A stretch of DNA of 64,000 bases from Tubiluchus corallicola. Lineage: Eukaryota > Animalia > Priapulida. Each line of letters opens with the position of its first letter. The stretch's first letter is position 1. Shown here one piece after another: positions 1-14,205 of this stretch. The DNA lies in the NCBI GenBank assembly GCA_030141605.1, contig JAQGDQ010000140.1, positions 372,001 to 436,000 on the forward strand. The letters run 5' to 3'. The notes beneath the pieces are model-generated. The model saw only the letters and a program-made list of their open reading frames with translations, did no database searches and was not told where the DNA came from. The position numbers and the translations under genes are program-made.

Positions 1-59
1 TCCTAAGAGCTTTTGAACCGACTGAAACAACAGTTGTTAAAAGCAGAGATGGAACTAAA

Positions 60-1395
60 AGACACAAATATATAAATTTTTATATAGATTTAAACATAAT
101 AATGCTTCCTAAAATTTTCCAAAATTACTATAAATCAGTAGCCCAGATGCACAAGTATCATACACGATTTGCTACTAACCGAACTTTCTATGTACAAAGA
201 TTTAATACTAACAAATGGCAAAAATCTCTAATTTATCAAAGCGCTTTGTTGTGGAACAGTCTGCTTAATAAACTAAAAAATGGCACCTTTACTATTTGAT
301 AATTAACTATAAATCCATTCTCATTTCTAATTATCATGTGTGACTTTCTCTGCTATGGTCTATTTCAAATAAATCATCTCTGTTAGTTTTAATGTATTCC
401 CCTAGTACTAATCTATTAAATATAATTATATTGTCATAGTACATCTTTTCATCAAAATGTATAATTATTATTATTCATTCCCAACTATGAAAAGGGAAGG
501 TAAGCACGCAAGACAATAGACCAAAGTATATTTGTGATAGGTCTTACGTAATCTTCGAGCAAATCCAGCAGCTACAACACTTTTTTTCATACAATTTTGT
601 TTATAATTTTGTCTGCTCCACTTGTGTTTTTTGCTTGCATATTATGCTTTTCTCACTACACATATTCACTTCATTATATTATTTTGCTCATTGTTTCACA
701 GTTATCATTAAGTTTTATTATATTTTTTGTTGAGTCATATTGTCTATTTAATCACATACTCATATTTCGTTACATATTTTGTTTACTCCATTCTCTGTAC
801 TAGTGCTTGTTTTCCATAGTCCTTCGACATTATGCTTAACATAATTTGATTAAACACTATTGCATATTTTCGTTTCATTATTAGCTTGATTTTATCATGC
901 ATATTTTGTTTCCTTCACTGATTTATTAAATATGTTTTAGTTTTTTTTCTTTTGGTTTGACTTATTTTTTTAGTTTGTTTATGTTTTAATCGGTTAGTTA
1001 AATGCTTTACATATTTGGTTGATCATCATTGCATATTTTTCATTTTAGCTTAATGCTTCCTTGTTGCATACACTATTCAGTAATTTCGCTTTCAAGTTTA
1101 GTTTCTTCCCCTATAAATTTATGTTAACAGTTGATTTTCTTAACCCACTTCATAATTATATTACACACTTTAATTAGCAGCGCTACAAATTTTTTACAAC
1201 TTACATTATCCTGAGAAGGGTAGCTGACTTGATGACCAATTGGTCTTTCACTACCTTTTCTCCTGCATCTCCCTAACTCTTTCCTTTATGCATAATTTAT
1301 CCTGTTTAATTAATAACTAAAGCAATAATAGTCTATTTGCATTCTGGTATAAATGAGGAGATAAATAAAATATCTATGTCTATGTCTATGTCTAT
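60..1395 (+). mobile_element. 3' fragment of a CR1/L2-type LINE (ORF2 C-terminal remnant plus probable 3' UTR)
   Basis: ORF 102-299 (LPKIFQNYY...HKYHTR...SLIYQSALLWNSL) matches the LP..F..Y....H.Y.TR...S..Y....LWN.L pattern at the end of CR1/L2 reverse transcriptases. A stem-loop at 1213-1262 (gagaagggtag...ctaccttttctc), AATAAA near 1365 and a (TATGTC)n tail to ~1395 fit a LINE 3' end. That the element is continuous from 330 to 1200 is inferred. Confidence 0.6.
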
Positions 1396-2220
1396 ATCAA
1401 TATATATACATACACATACATACATAAACATATGAAATGCAGGATTAAAAACAACAATTTTAGCTATAAATGTACTCTATTAATTTTAATAAGGATTTAC
1501 ACGTGGCACGTTTACATTCTTTGGTTTGCTTGCATTCCATTTATCTCAAACTAAGTGACCTGCAGAGCCTGAGCGTTTGTCCCAAGCAGTGATTACACGA
1601 GCATTATGAATTTGCAGGCATGCTTGGAAGAAACGGTGTCAGTTTTTTAAGTTTTCGATGTGACTATAAGTTTTGATCTTAGAACAACTGACAGAACCTG
1701 GTTACAATTAATTGATTTTTTGTTGAAATTCTCAAATATCGATTACTTTATCTAGGAAGTAACTGGTAAAAGAATTAACTTTTACTGCAAAAAATGTAGT
1801 TTGTAATTCCATTTTAAAAATATACACTGCACAACAATGTACATGAATAACGGAGTCGTGAAGAATAGCATCCTAGCGGTGTGTTTCAGTTTAAGAATAT
1901 TTTTACGTTACTGCACATTGTATTGACATTACATGTTACACGGTTGTCTGCTAGACGAAGCGAGCTAATTTATTGTGTGACAGATCGCGGCTTTATACTT
2001 ACAGTAAAATAAACGAATTACTTTTTGCTAGAAATTACCTCTCTTTTAAACACGTGTACTGTATAATTTAGACGCAGTTTACGATTTCCCCCGTTTCTTC
2101 GTGTACTACTGATATTGACATGTCAATCCCAAGAATTTGGCTATGAATATCTACAAAAACTCTTAGTAGTTTTTGCCCTTACGCTGTTGGATAGGAAATT
2201 TGCACCCTGAAAGGAAGAAG

Positions 2221-5200
2221 ATGACTGAGGGTAAGTTAAACTAACCCAGTGGTAGTTGACTAATCGTAACCTATGCAGATATTTTTTTATTTACACCTGT
2301 ATGTAGTACATTTTGCTGTTACTGTTAGTGTTAGCATATGTATACACTCTGAGAAAATATTAAACAAAAATGCTAGAGCAAAATATTGTTATCATAAGAG
2401 ACATGCAAGGAGCTAAGCGCACATGCTGAATGGCGATGTCACATTTATGATGCCACCAGCCCCACCACTTTTTGCTTTTTTTATATAGTGTAATGATCAT
2501 TCATTTTCAACTCCAAAACGGGTCTATATGCGATATGGAATATTTAATGTAGATCATTATAATTTTAATTTCTAGTTTCTATGTTTACATATATACAACA
2601 TTTTAAGCAAAAAGGAATGATGATAGTAAACAATGCAGATAAACCCCGACCTTTTAGTGATCCAAAACCAAAATTTAATTATTGTCTTTTCGAGTTTTAG
2701 TTTTGCTTGTGCGTGTGCAACTAAAGCATACTTACATACTGCATTGGCCTATAAACATAGCCAGAATTGTTCAGCAAAGCTGAGTACCAAGTTTGGGTGA
2801 GGGGTAGCCACCCCTCCTTTTAAAAAAATTATGGGGTCTACATAATGCCAATTCACAGCTTCCTATGCTTTCTTTTGTGGGCATGTTCGCATGGTCAGTT
2901 AGGCAGCCAAACTTTCAAAAGTAAAGTAAATTGAGTAGTGTAAGTTTATCATATCAGCATGTGAAAACCTTGACAGGTCAACATCATATCATACGCCAGT
3001 TAATCAAGTAGCTGGAAAAAGTTTCAACCTTCATCGACCAGTAATTTGTTCAGTAGGGCATAGTCAAAAGGCAGCTCAACTATTCTAATGATGTTTTTGG
3101 TATTGACTATCCATTATTTGGTAGTCATTTGGTATCCATCAAAATGTCACAGGATAACAACATGTTGTGTGAGTAGTATATGCTATTTTGGGCGATTTCA
3201 AAGCATCTTATGTCTCATTGAGCCTATTATCTTAGGAAGCCTTGTAGAAGCCATTTTTCTTGCTAAACACATTTTGCTTGCTTGCAGTTCATTCTGTGTT
3301 TTGAAAATGTATTATGAAACTTTCGAAATTTCTAACATTGTGTATTTACAGTTGATAAAGTAAAAGTGCTGTGGGTCCATCCTGAGTCTGACAGTGAAGA
3401 CTTCGGCAGTGGAGCGAAGAGTGTTCACATGAAAAAGGAGAAGATGGTTGATTATAGTCAACCTCGCAAAGAACAGCAGCTTATCTACAAGATAAGCGAC
3501 AAACTTCCGCTCTTCCTCTGTATATTCTTTGGTCTCCAGGTCAGTGAAATAAGGAAATCAGTAGATCTAGTGCATGATTATATATATTGCCATGTAGTGG
3601 AGTAGTGGAACATAAATATTAGCTTTTAAACATGCTAGTATGATAAGAAACCATATAATACTTTGTTAAAGTAACAGGCCATCCTGTGGGCATTAGAAAC
3701 CTATACGATACCTGCACAGGTTACTCTTGAACATAGTAATTTTTTCTGGCTTTTGTCTGAATCAAAAAGTTAGGTTTTCACAGGTTCTTTCATTTTCATA
3801 TCTATATGTATATATAATAATCAAAGCTGCTTTAACTAAGTTACTGCTTACATTGTATATATTGCCCTTTGTTCTTTCCAGTAAGGGCTGTATAATGTCA
3901 AGTATACTTAACATATTTAGCTTGCAGATTACAACATTGGTTTTGCTTTGGAAACAGTTCAACAGTCCAAATATTTTTCATTGTTCTTACAACACAGAGT
4001 TTATACGGCTATTTGTAATATTATACTTTTATGCAGTCATAATCTAATCAATGCTATTTATAATAATGTTATGTGTTTATGATAGCAACTTGTGTTAATT
4101 TTCACACATGGGAATTTTGTCCATAGACCTCTTTTAAATTTGCAGAAATTAAGTCCAGTGTTTTGGAAATATTTAAAAAGCTTATGAAGCATGGCGAATT
4201 GTACAATGCATAGTTCAACGTTTCAAGCTCTTTATAAAGTGCAAGGCTAATAAGGATTTGATTAAATGACAAGTGCAATTCCCACTTAGAAATAAGGTAT
4301 AATCACATTCAAATACTTTATAGCCAGTCTCAAGAAAAGTCCAGTTATCACTTGGAAATCATCCAAGCATTTTTGTCGTGATGTAAAAAGTTGCATGATT
4401 TATAAATATGGTACTTACATGATCAAGTGCAGTAATAGGCATGTACTATTGTGGATGTTGCAATCTTGATATTTCTTCTTGAAAAGATTTATTTTTATTA
4501 CATTATATCACTGTCTCTAATTTTTACTTTCATCATGATAATGTTATCATTATTCGACAGCGATCTGGATAAAACAACAGGACCAGGGTTTACTTCAACT
4601 TACTAGTCACAATAGCTATTATTTTGCACAGGGTATCTTTGTATACACTGTGACCATTCCGCTATTCATTTATTGGTTCAATTTCTACTTCAACTGCCTT
4701 GGAATCATACTGTTATGTTTTCACTATATATAACCAATTATGTCAGCAATAAACAGAAGAAATTGGCTCTCATAAGCATATTTTTTGTTTTTCTAGCAAG
4801 CTCTGCTATCAATAGCCCTTCAACTTACCGTATCTTTGTTAGTGGCTGAAGTTGTTTGTGCAGGTAAAGATGAGGAGATGAAAGCAAGATTGCTTAGCTC
4901 TACGCTCTTCATGACAGGTTTTACTACCGTAGTTCAGGTCATACTGGGAGTGAGGTAAGACCCTTACTCAATTTCCACTAGGAATTAGGTAACTTTCTTG
5001 CAAAAAATCAATTAGAATGAAGTTTTGCGCAAAGAATGAAGTTAAATTATTATTTCTGTTATACTAAAAGTGATGTGAGTCATTGTTTACACTGGTCAGT
5101 ATCTTAGGGGTATTTATAATGAAAAAATAAAGTTGCTGTTCAACCATGCACAGTGGAAAAGATTCTGGGTCATTAGTTGTTGCAGTTGCAAGTAAGAAGA

Positions 5201-8200
5201 AAACAAATGTGACTTATGGTATTTTGAAGATTGGGTAAGACGACTGAAGCTGATTGCAAATAGCAAACCATTTGCTGGTGCTATTTATTAGTTGCCTCAT
5301 CAACTAAAAGTTATCTAGCACTGTGAGGCACATCTAATTTTTGGAGTAAACGAAATAAATTGCTAAGGGATCATAGATGCTAAAATAGTGCAATCATTGG
5401 TTAATATTACGGTGTGCGTGAGATCTGTGTTTCTAGGATCATTGATCTTATTATGTTGTCATTTATAAACGTGTTCACTATTTTTTATGTGCTTTCTATG
5501 ATGTAAAACATTTATGTTGCATATGTGTATTTCATGAGTTAGGGCTGATGGCTCCACCTTTAGAAGAAACCCCAGTTACTTCCTAAAAATCATTTTGATT
5601 TTACTTAGATACCCTAGCTATGGTAATGTTTAAGTAAAAAACCTGTAATATGTACCACACATAGACAGCTTTCTTTTGAGTTTTGATCTCTTAGAGTTAA
5701 TTGAGTACTTTAAATTTTATTTTTTAATGAAATAAGGATGTGATTTGTATTAGTAATAAATATGGTTTAAATTGGAAAGCTTCCATATTTACTATTATGA
5801 AAGTACACAAAACTGTGTTTCGTGAATTTCACAAAGCGTGCCAGTGTTTTAGATTAGATTAGATTCCGAAATGGAAATTTCATACTTGTTCACTGAATTA
5901 ATTTACCAAAAAACACACATTTTACCTGTGCTGTTTAAATGACTTCAAAACTTGTTCTGTTTTTAAGTGTTTTTTGCATCTAATATTCCTTTGTCAATTG
6001 CTTTGATAGATAGGGTAAGTAAAGTATAAAAGTATTGTAAAAAGGCAGTCTTATCAATCCATCTTACCAATCACGTTTGTGTTGATTTGATTGTTTATGG
6101 TTAATGGTGTAACTCACAGGACACATTGTATTCAGAGAAAGGTGTTTTACTGTTTGCATTACTGATGCAGAAATACCAAGAACCATGCCCGTATTTTTCT
6201 TTTGATCTTTCAATTATTATATTTGTTTTGGTCATTGGTCAAAGTTTCTTTAGAGGGTTGCTAGGTAATATTTTTATTACACTCATGTCTTACAAGGTTA
6301 GAAACTTTTGGGTCGATTAAATTTTTCTTATTTTTTTCTTATAAGTTGATAGACATCATTGTACAGAACCCATTTATTAGTTGCTAGTGCATTGTGGTCG
6401 GCAAAGGTGGTGTAAATGACACTTAGATCAGTTTGTTTCTGTAGTGTCATAGTTGTTATTAATTGCAGTAAAAACTGGTTTACAAGGGTTTGCGACTTAA
6501 TGACCTGAGGGTGAACCCAGGCAATACGACAATATTGTATCAATGTTTGGACATTATTTTTGCAAATATTGGGACAATATAGAAATGTGGACTTGCCACA
6601 ACATAGAACGAATAATTTTTTAACAATGTGTGTAAACCACGTGTTTCCAATGTTAGGCGACAATATTGATTCAATTTTGTACCAACATTGGACAACAATA
6701 TTGGTGCAATGTTGTACCAATATTGGACAAAAATATCCATTATTGTACATACAATATTTTCTGGTGGCAATATTTTCTGAACATATATTTTGGCAAGATC
6801 CTGACAATCTTGTGACCATATGGTGACACTATTGTGTGCTGCCTGAGAAAGGGGAACCAGTATACCGCTAGCCATGTTTCATACATCAATATGCGATTAA
6901 ATTGCTGGTCTTCAACGTTAAAGCAAAGCCTTTTTGAGTTTGACGTTTGTTTTTTGTTCATGTTAAACTGTGACTTGTCACCTTTTTATTTGCAGGTTGC
7001 CTGTGCTTCAAGGTGCATGCATTGACTATCTTGCCCCTCTTCTTGCTGTGTCTTCTATTGATTCAACATTCTGCAGTGCAGACACTCCTACAAGTAACTT
7101 TCATTTCACTGTAAATCATTAAAAAACCCTACTTTAATTTCATTATAAAGTGCTTGTAAAATAATTGGCAGCTGGTTCACTGATTGATTCATTGACTGGA
7201 AGTGAGAATTATATTTTTCTATGCCTGTATTCATATTTTTGCTTTCTCTGGGGCTGAGGTGAGCATTCTTTATCAGAAAGGAAAGAGGTATTCAAATTCG
7301 AATTTAATTTTAAAGATTTTCGAACAATTTTTCGAACCATTGATAAAAGTCTGTCTCGCAAAAACATGCATATTTCTTGATTTTGTTCTGCAAGAAAAAC
7401 AGTAATAGCTGTTTATAAATTGTGTACTGAAATCATGTCTAAATTGTGCTGATGTCATGATGTTTCAAACGTTTTAATGATAAAGAACATATGTAATTGA
7501 AGTGGCAAATTATTCGAATCCACAATTAAAGTTTGAATCAAATTCGAATTAAAAAAACTTGTCCGAATTTGAATCTTTAAATTTCTCATCCGTACTAATA
7601 AATAACTAAAAGCTAAAGATTTCCCTAAAGAAATCATACATCAAGACGAAAAGGCTAGCTAACTGGCCCAGTTTTGTTGCAGTTTTGGATCAAGCATCTA
7701 ATGCAACTGACATTGAGGCTCAACGAGAAGTTATATTACATAGCCTCCAGTCAGTAAGTAGCAAATATCTACCCTTTATTGTATGTAAATGATACAACAA
7801 TAGGGGTTGTCTAGATCTATTCAGAATTGTTCGTCTTTGTGTTGTTTAGTATATACATTCTTTTGTATTCACCCAGGATAGGACTGTATCTGCAAGCTTT
7901 GCTTAACTAATACAAAACCAGTTTGTAATGCCAATGTCTTATTAGCTTTACATTGCAAGTTATTATTATTAGTTATCTTCAGCCTCGTCAAAGCCCCATT
8001 AATGGATACAATCCATTGTCTTTAATTTGTCTGAAAGAGTTTAAATGATTGAACTATGCATTACTCTCTTTTAACAGATTTTCATTTTTTCAATGTATTT
8101 TTAGGCACTCCTGTAAGACACTTTTCCCATCTAAGATCAGAATATACAAGTAAATGAACATACGATTGATTGAAAAGTGGAGGAGCCCCCCCCCCCCCCC

Positions 8201-11200
8201 GTATTTATAATAGGTGTCATAGCACAGTTATGGCAAAAATATTACAAGCTTTGTTTTCTTCATTTTAAAGATGACAAGCCAGTCTCAGTCCCAGTTCAAA
8301 GTCAAGTCAAGATTCTTTTCAAATACTTGAGATGTTTCTAGTCAGGCATTGCCAAGAGGCACATTGCAGTAAGTACCTATACAAATAATATCATCAGCAC
8401 AGATGTTAAGCTTAGGGAGTACAGAGTCCAGCAGGATGTTGTTGATAAATAGCAAAAACAAGCTAGGGGCTATTATAGATTCTCGAGGAACACGACTTCT
8501 GTTTTCATATACAAACAAAACTGCCCCTTCATAAACAACTTCTGTTTGTAATTGTTGAGATATGGTGATATGATAGACAGAGCATTGCCACTTTGCCTTA
8601 TGATTGAAGTTTAATTATGGAGTAGACATCTTTGCCAGACTTTATCATAAGCCTTGGCGGTGTCAAGAACTATTAGTCTAGCCTCGCCTTGGTGTAAATC
8701 TTTATTAGTTTGCTCAGTGATTAGAGACTGACATACATGTTGTTAGAACTGTGTATATTTGTGTGTATTTCTAAAGTAAAGGTCATTAGCCTTATGTTAA
8801 TGAAACAAAATATTGCATATATCCACAAGTTAACCTTTGAGTAAAATTAAAAGTGGCAGATATATCTTCTTTGGCTGGCTGATCACCAACAGCATCCAGT
8901 TACTGTGAATGAATGACAGTCTGGTACCTTTTTAGTGGCAGCAAAAATTGCCTGTCGCCAGTTTTGTGTGTTTACACATTAGAGTTGAAACTTGATATTA
9001 CATCACAGCTGTGTTATTTTCTGTATAGATGTATTATGTGCTTTATGTTAACCAAGTGGGTTTATGTTGCTTCAACATTTTGCAGTTAGAGTTTGTTCTT
9101 TGGCCTGCTATTTGTCCTCAATGATTTGGTTGTCTCAAGGAAATGAGAAAGGAAATAATATTTTTATTGAACCCGTCTTACTTTTTATGAGTTAATATTA
9201 ATAATTTAAAAATAATGATTTCAAACAGGAAAGAAAAAAAATTAATCTGCAACTAAAAAGCCATGTTAGAAGCCTAGCAATATGAATTCTCTATTTTGAA
9301 ATTGTAGATTTTTGTAGTTTCATAAAGTTAAACAGCTTTAGCTTAAATATAACTATAGCTCATTTAATGAAATTGGTGCTTTTAAGGCAGATGCCCTGAA
9401 AAAGGTTTTATATTTCTTTATCACTAGTATTTAACCATCATTTTATTACAGCTACAAGGGAGCCTCATAGCTGCAGGAGTGATTCACACTGTGATAGGAG
9501 CAACAGGATTTGCAGGGTTTCTCCTGCGCTTTATTGGACCAATCACAATTGTACCCGCTCTCATGCTCATTGGAATATACTTGATTCGGGCATCAGCCAA
9601 ATTTGTCTTTGTTCACTGGGGTATAGCAGCTTTGTAAGTTGAAGTTTGGTTGATCTGATTACCTTAACTGATTTGTGGATAGCTGAATGGTTGTTATGGA
9701 TGTTTAATAGCTGATATTAAAAGAAGCTGGGTCAGCTGGTGCTGATAACGACAGAAACATAGTGTTCATGAATTAGCACAAATAATGAGTAGAAAACCTA
9801 GCCAATTCCTTTTATTGCATCTTCCATGTCAGTGGAACAGATGCTAGGAGTGTGTAAAGCTCCTTAAGAACCATGGAAGTAACACATCGCATTGTAGTTA
9901 TAGCTGCTATTATGTAATAGCTTCGTAAAGGATGGAACCATCACAACGTACATGTGGGGGTGAAAAGAATTGGCATTTTTTAGTCGTATGCTGCCGTCCC
10001 CTACATATATATATATATAATCATCATATGTATATGTAAATACATAGTGTTGCAAATCAAATGCTACTACATTTTGTGTTGCAACTATTACTAGAAATTT
10101 TCTGGAATATGTTGTGAACAGTTTGTGTTTTGCAGGACCTGCATTACGGCTTTGATTTTTTCACTGTATTTGGGAGGGAAATCAATGCCCATCCCAATGT
10201 GGACACGTGAAAAAGGGTTCCATGTGGATCATTACCCTCTGCATCAAGTTTTCTCTGTAAGTTAATTTACTTAAAATAACCCAATATGTAGCAATAATTT
10301 GAAAAACATCATCTGGATAGTAGATTATCAATTAATGTTAATTTTTTCGTGGCTGTGTGAATTTGAACAGGTTTTGTGTAAAGAACTGCAGATGGCAAAT
10401 TCAGGTGAGTTGATGAGTATTTTTGAAAACATAAATTTAGATATTTTGTGTAAGTTTATATCATTTGATTTTTGGTGGTACTTGTGCCACAAAGCTATAT
10501 ATGCTCCGATTTGTGATAGCTATTTAAAAAAAACAGGACCCAATTTTAAATCATAGTGCAAAATGTGATACGTAAAATATTGAAAGGGAAAATGTTGTTT
10601 GTTTTGTCTTTCTTTTGGAAATCGTTCTCTTGAATATTGTTAACAACTTGCACTCATCAGGTAGTCTCGTTATCAGTTTTTGTTCATCACCTTGGTAACA
10701 GTCCTGCCTTCCTGTGTTGCTCGTAAATTGAGATAATTATGGCCTTTTAAATGTAACAGCGTTTAAGTATCATTTTATAATTTATGGAAGCATGAATGTA
10801 AAAAGTCGTTTTGTCTAAAATAGTGTAGAAAAGGTGAAATTTTAACTAATAGCATCTTATATTCGTGTCCATTTTTAGCAAAAAGAAATATAATTATTAT
10901 AAGAAATTACGTCATTGCAGTTGTTGATTGGGATTGTTATTGGGTGGCTATTTTCCCTCATTCTCACTGCAACGGATGTTCTGCCGGATGATTCCTCAAG
11001 TCCTCAATATCTTGCAAGAACGGATTCACGTTCATATATAATCAGCGACTCCAGCTGGTTTAGCTTTCCATACCCAGGTAAGTGTTCACATTTCCATATG
11101 TAAACAGATGATGGACATCCCTCAATACTTTGACTAAAATATGCAGGTAAAGCAGGAATCATTTAAACAATGTTTTCTCTTACACGCACGTTATCAGTTT

Positions 11201-14200
11201 GCTGTTTAGGCAGGGAATATTAGGCATAGAAGTTTAGAGCATGGTTACGTATTGGAATGTTTATCAGCATATGAGAGCTATGATTGATTTAAATGGCATA
11301 TGGCAGCCATGATTGACTTAGATGTTGAGATGCAACATGTTATGTTGTTGTGTCTGTTCAAACGCCCCCTGACGTACCCACGTAGTATTCTGACAGTTAA
11401 CTAAATGTTCTGGTTAGACATTTTATTCTGCATGTTTTTGTCTCATAATCCATTCACTGTTTCTGTTACTACTACTGCTGCTGCTGCTAATTACCAATCA
11501 TTCATTTAGTCAATGATGCTTTTGCTAATTATCAGTTTCATTGGCTTGTACAAAATTTACATTTTTCAGGTCAGTATGGGGCACCCTTATTTAATGTCAC
11601 TGCTTTTATTGCGTGTCTTATTGGAACAATCTTATCAATATTAGATTCAATCGCTGATTATTATGCTTGTGCAAAAATATGTCATGTGCCTCCGCCACCA
11701 TCTCACGCAGTAAATCGTGGTTTGACCATTGAGGGAGCATGCAGTGCTTTATCTGGTGCTGTAGGGTGTGGTCACGCTACAACAACCTATGCAGCCAACA
11801 TTGGGGCCATGGGTTTGACTAAGGTATGCATGTGATTCTTGCATATTCATTATTTCCTATTGATTTTGTACATGGAATAGGTTATATTATAATTCAAAGT
11901 AGCTTCAACAACTTTGACTGTCCATTTCGAACTGTGCATGCTGTTCACTTTGTATCTTACTGTCATTTTCCCATTATTGCTTATAACTGTATCTTTTGAA
12001 TAGAGTATATACCTTAGACATATTGTAAAATAGCATTTTGACCTGAAATGAAGTCGTGTGGTTCTTCTGGTGTTGATGAATAGAGCATCTTCATGACCAT
12101 TAAACATATTAAATTTATAACTGTTTTATTTATTTTCAAGTCGTGAAACAACACGTTCACAAGTGCTCCATTTTGTCAGGTTGCAAGTCGTCACGTGTTT
12201 GTGGCTGTCGGCATCATCTATATGCTCTTTGGTGTGATTGGTAAGTTTTCTGCAGTCTTCATCACGATTCCCCATCCGGTGCTAGGTGGCGCACTCATTA
12301 TCATTGTTGGAGCATTTATTGGAGTGACATTTTCAAATCTGGAGCATGTATCCTTGTCTTCCTCCCGCAGTCTCACGATCATCGGCACGTCGCTTGTTGT
12401 TGGCTGGATGGTGCCGTACTGGATAGAAACTGTGCCTGATGCTATCAATACGGGTAAAAGATGAATTTCTAGATACTATTTCATTTTTTAATAACTTGAA
12501 ATATGAAAGATTTAAGTGGATGCCCTATGTTGTTGCTTTTCTGTATTGCTGAGCCTAATTGCTCATAATTGAAACCTGCACTATATATAAAAAATGGGAG
12601 GAAACAGATAAAATTTGTCATTTTTAGAATTAGCCTTTTTTGCCTTTTTTGAAGTAGTAAATGGGAATGAAAATTGTTGATGACAGTAATATTCTGTACA
12701 AGTAATTCTGTAGGTAATGTTGATCTAATGGCAAAAATAGCGTATTTTGGAGCATTGATCTTTATAGCTTTTCACTGTGACGTATCTTTATTGTTCATAT
12801 CCTTAGATTTACTGTAATTTGCATTCATATTTTGATTATTCATCACTGTTCATTCGTCAATCACTGGTTAACTTCATTCATCAAGCGCCAAACAAGTTTG
12901 TTTAATTCGAATTTGATTTAAACATTCAAATTCGATTTGAACCTAAAATTATGAGTTTGAATAATTCAGCACTTCAACTACATACGTTCTTTATCTTTTA
13001 AAGTTTGAAACAGCATGCATAATTAACACATTTAGCTATGATTTCAGTACACAATTTTTATACAAATTATTAGTGTTTTGTTTCAGAACAAAATTGCGCA
13101 ATATGCATTATCCTTGGAAGACAGCATTTTATTATATAATTAGAAATTCTTTATCATTGAATTCTAATTCGATTCAGATTTGAAATCTTGTTTCATTTTG
13201 AATTCGAAAATTAAAAATTCGATTCCATTCAAATTCGCTTTCTGGTAGATAATGCTCATCATAACTGCTCAGTACATTGAACTCATTCTATTTAGGTAAT
13301 GCAGCAGCAGATAGTGTACTGAAGATGTGTTTGGGCAATGCCAATTTGGCTGGTGCCATCCTTGCTTGTATACTAGACAATACTGTACCAGGTATTATAC
13401 CAGCTTCTCCATTTTTTTTCATAAGTGAAGACAAGGGCTTGTTTTTTGTTTAAAATGACAAAAGAATGCTTACACTCTTTCCTTTTTTGTCAAAAAGAGG
13501 TGACACCACAAGTTTTCTGTATTATAGGATCATGTGACAGTGTTTACATTAGTTGTGACACCATGTACTAAATCTAGCATGGTTTTCATGCTAGTACCAA
13601 TAGCCTGACATTCCTTTTGAACTCCCACGAGCATGCAAAGTTGTTTCCCACTTTCACTGGGTTCCCTACTTTGAATTCACATTTAACCATTGCAGTTTTA
13701 TGCCTATTGTAATTGTTTAGGCTCAGCCATTTAATTCACCTTGTTCTTCAACCTAGGCAGGCTCCACGTCGCATAACTAATAGTATTTTCTATGGTAGCT
13801 GGTTCTGAGTCTTGTTGAATTTACATCATGTGGCTAATAATGTCTTGTTTTCTAACATTTATCTAATAATTTCACCTACAGTGGTTCCATTCTCATCTAG
13901 AATTTCAAATTGACATTTCATTCCGGCATTTCGTTCGTTGTGTGAAGTGTAGAGAGCAGTATTCATCTAGTCTCTTTTAAATGTGAAAGATATTTTTCCA
14001 CGTTTTTGTTTCTTTGATAGGTACAGATGAAGAAAGAGGAATTACAGCTTGGAGAACAGTGCATGTGGCATCCGACACAAAGCATTACGAGGAAGGGCTG
14101 GAAGTGTATGAGCCTCTTCTTCCCAAGTTCATCAAGAGAAGTCGTTGGCTCAAATATGTGCCATTTTTACCCGATCCAGCCCTTACTTCACACATTTATG

Positions 14201-14205
14201 GTTAA
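2221..14205 (+). CDS. SLC23A: SLC23/NAT (NCS2) family nucleobase-ascorbate transporter-like protein, copy 1 (12 coding exons, 597 aa)
   Basis: Exons 2221-2230, 3352-3539, 4797-4954, 6996-7093, 7683-7753, 9452-9633, 10136-10256, 10921-11077, 11570-11823, 12180-12453, 13296-13391, 14021-14205. All introns are GT-AG, phases are consistent and the total is 1794 nt. Family motifs: GVRLPVLQG, LQGSLIAAG, RFIGPITI, ARTD, SILDSIADYYACA...PPPPSHAVNRG, NIGAMGLTKVASR, IPHPVLGG, SSRSL, LDNTVPGTDEERG. Confidence 0.93.
6516..6847. mobile_element. Non-autonomous DNA transposon relic with CAATATTG-rich internal repeats
   Basis: Imperfect inverted termini cccaggcaatacgacaata / tattgtgtgctgcctgag and many internal caatattg/caacattg/gacaat subrepeats. 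This explains the cluster of spurious ORFs at 6328-6961. Confidence 0.5.
7260..7580 (+). repeat. TTCGAA-rich dispersed repeat (MITE-like), copy A in SLC23 copy 1 intron 4
   Basis: Aligns by eye in inverted orientation with 12890-13260 (aaattgtgtactgaaatcatgtctaaa vs tttagctatgatttcagtacacaattt; gagcattctttatcagaaag vs ctttctggtagataatgctc). Confidence 0.65.
12890..13260 (-). repeat. TTCGAA-rich dispersed repeat (MITE-like), copy B in SLC23 copy 1 intron 10
   Basis: Inverted homologue of 7260-7580. It is absent from the equivalent 98-bp intron of copy 2 (35384-35481) and accounts for part of the length difference (842 vs 98 bp). Confidence 0.65.

Noticed and set aside
6328-6961. Cluster of overlapping ORFs up to 163 aa
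   Set aside because: They arise from a low-complexity CAATATTG-rich transposon relic and show no recognisable protein motifs.
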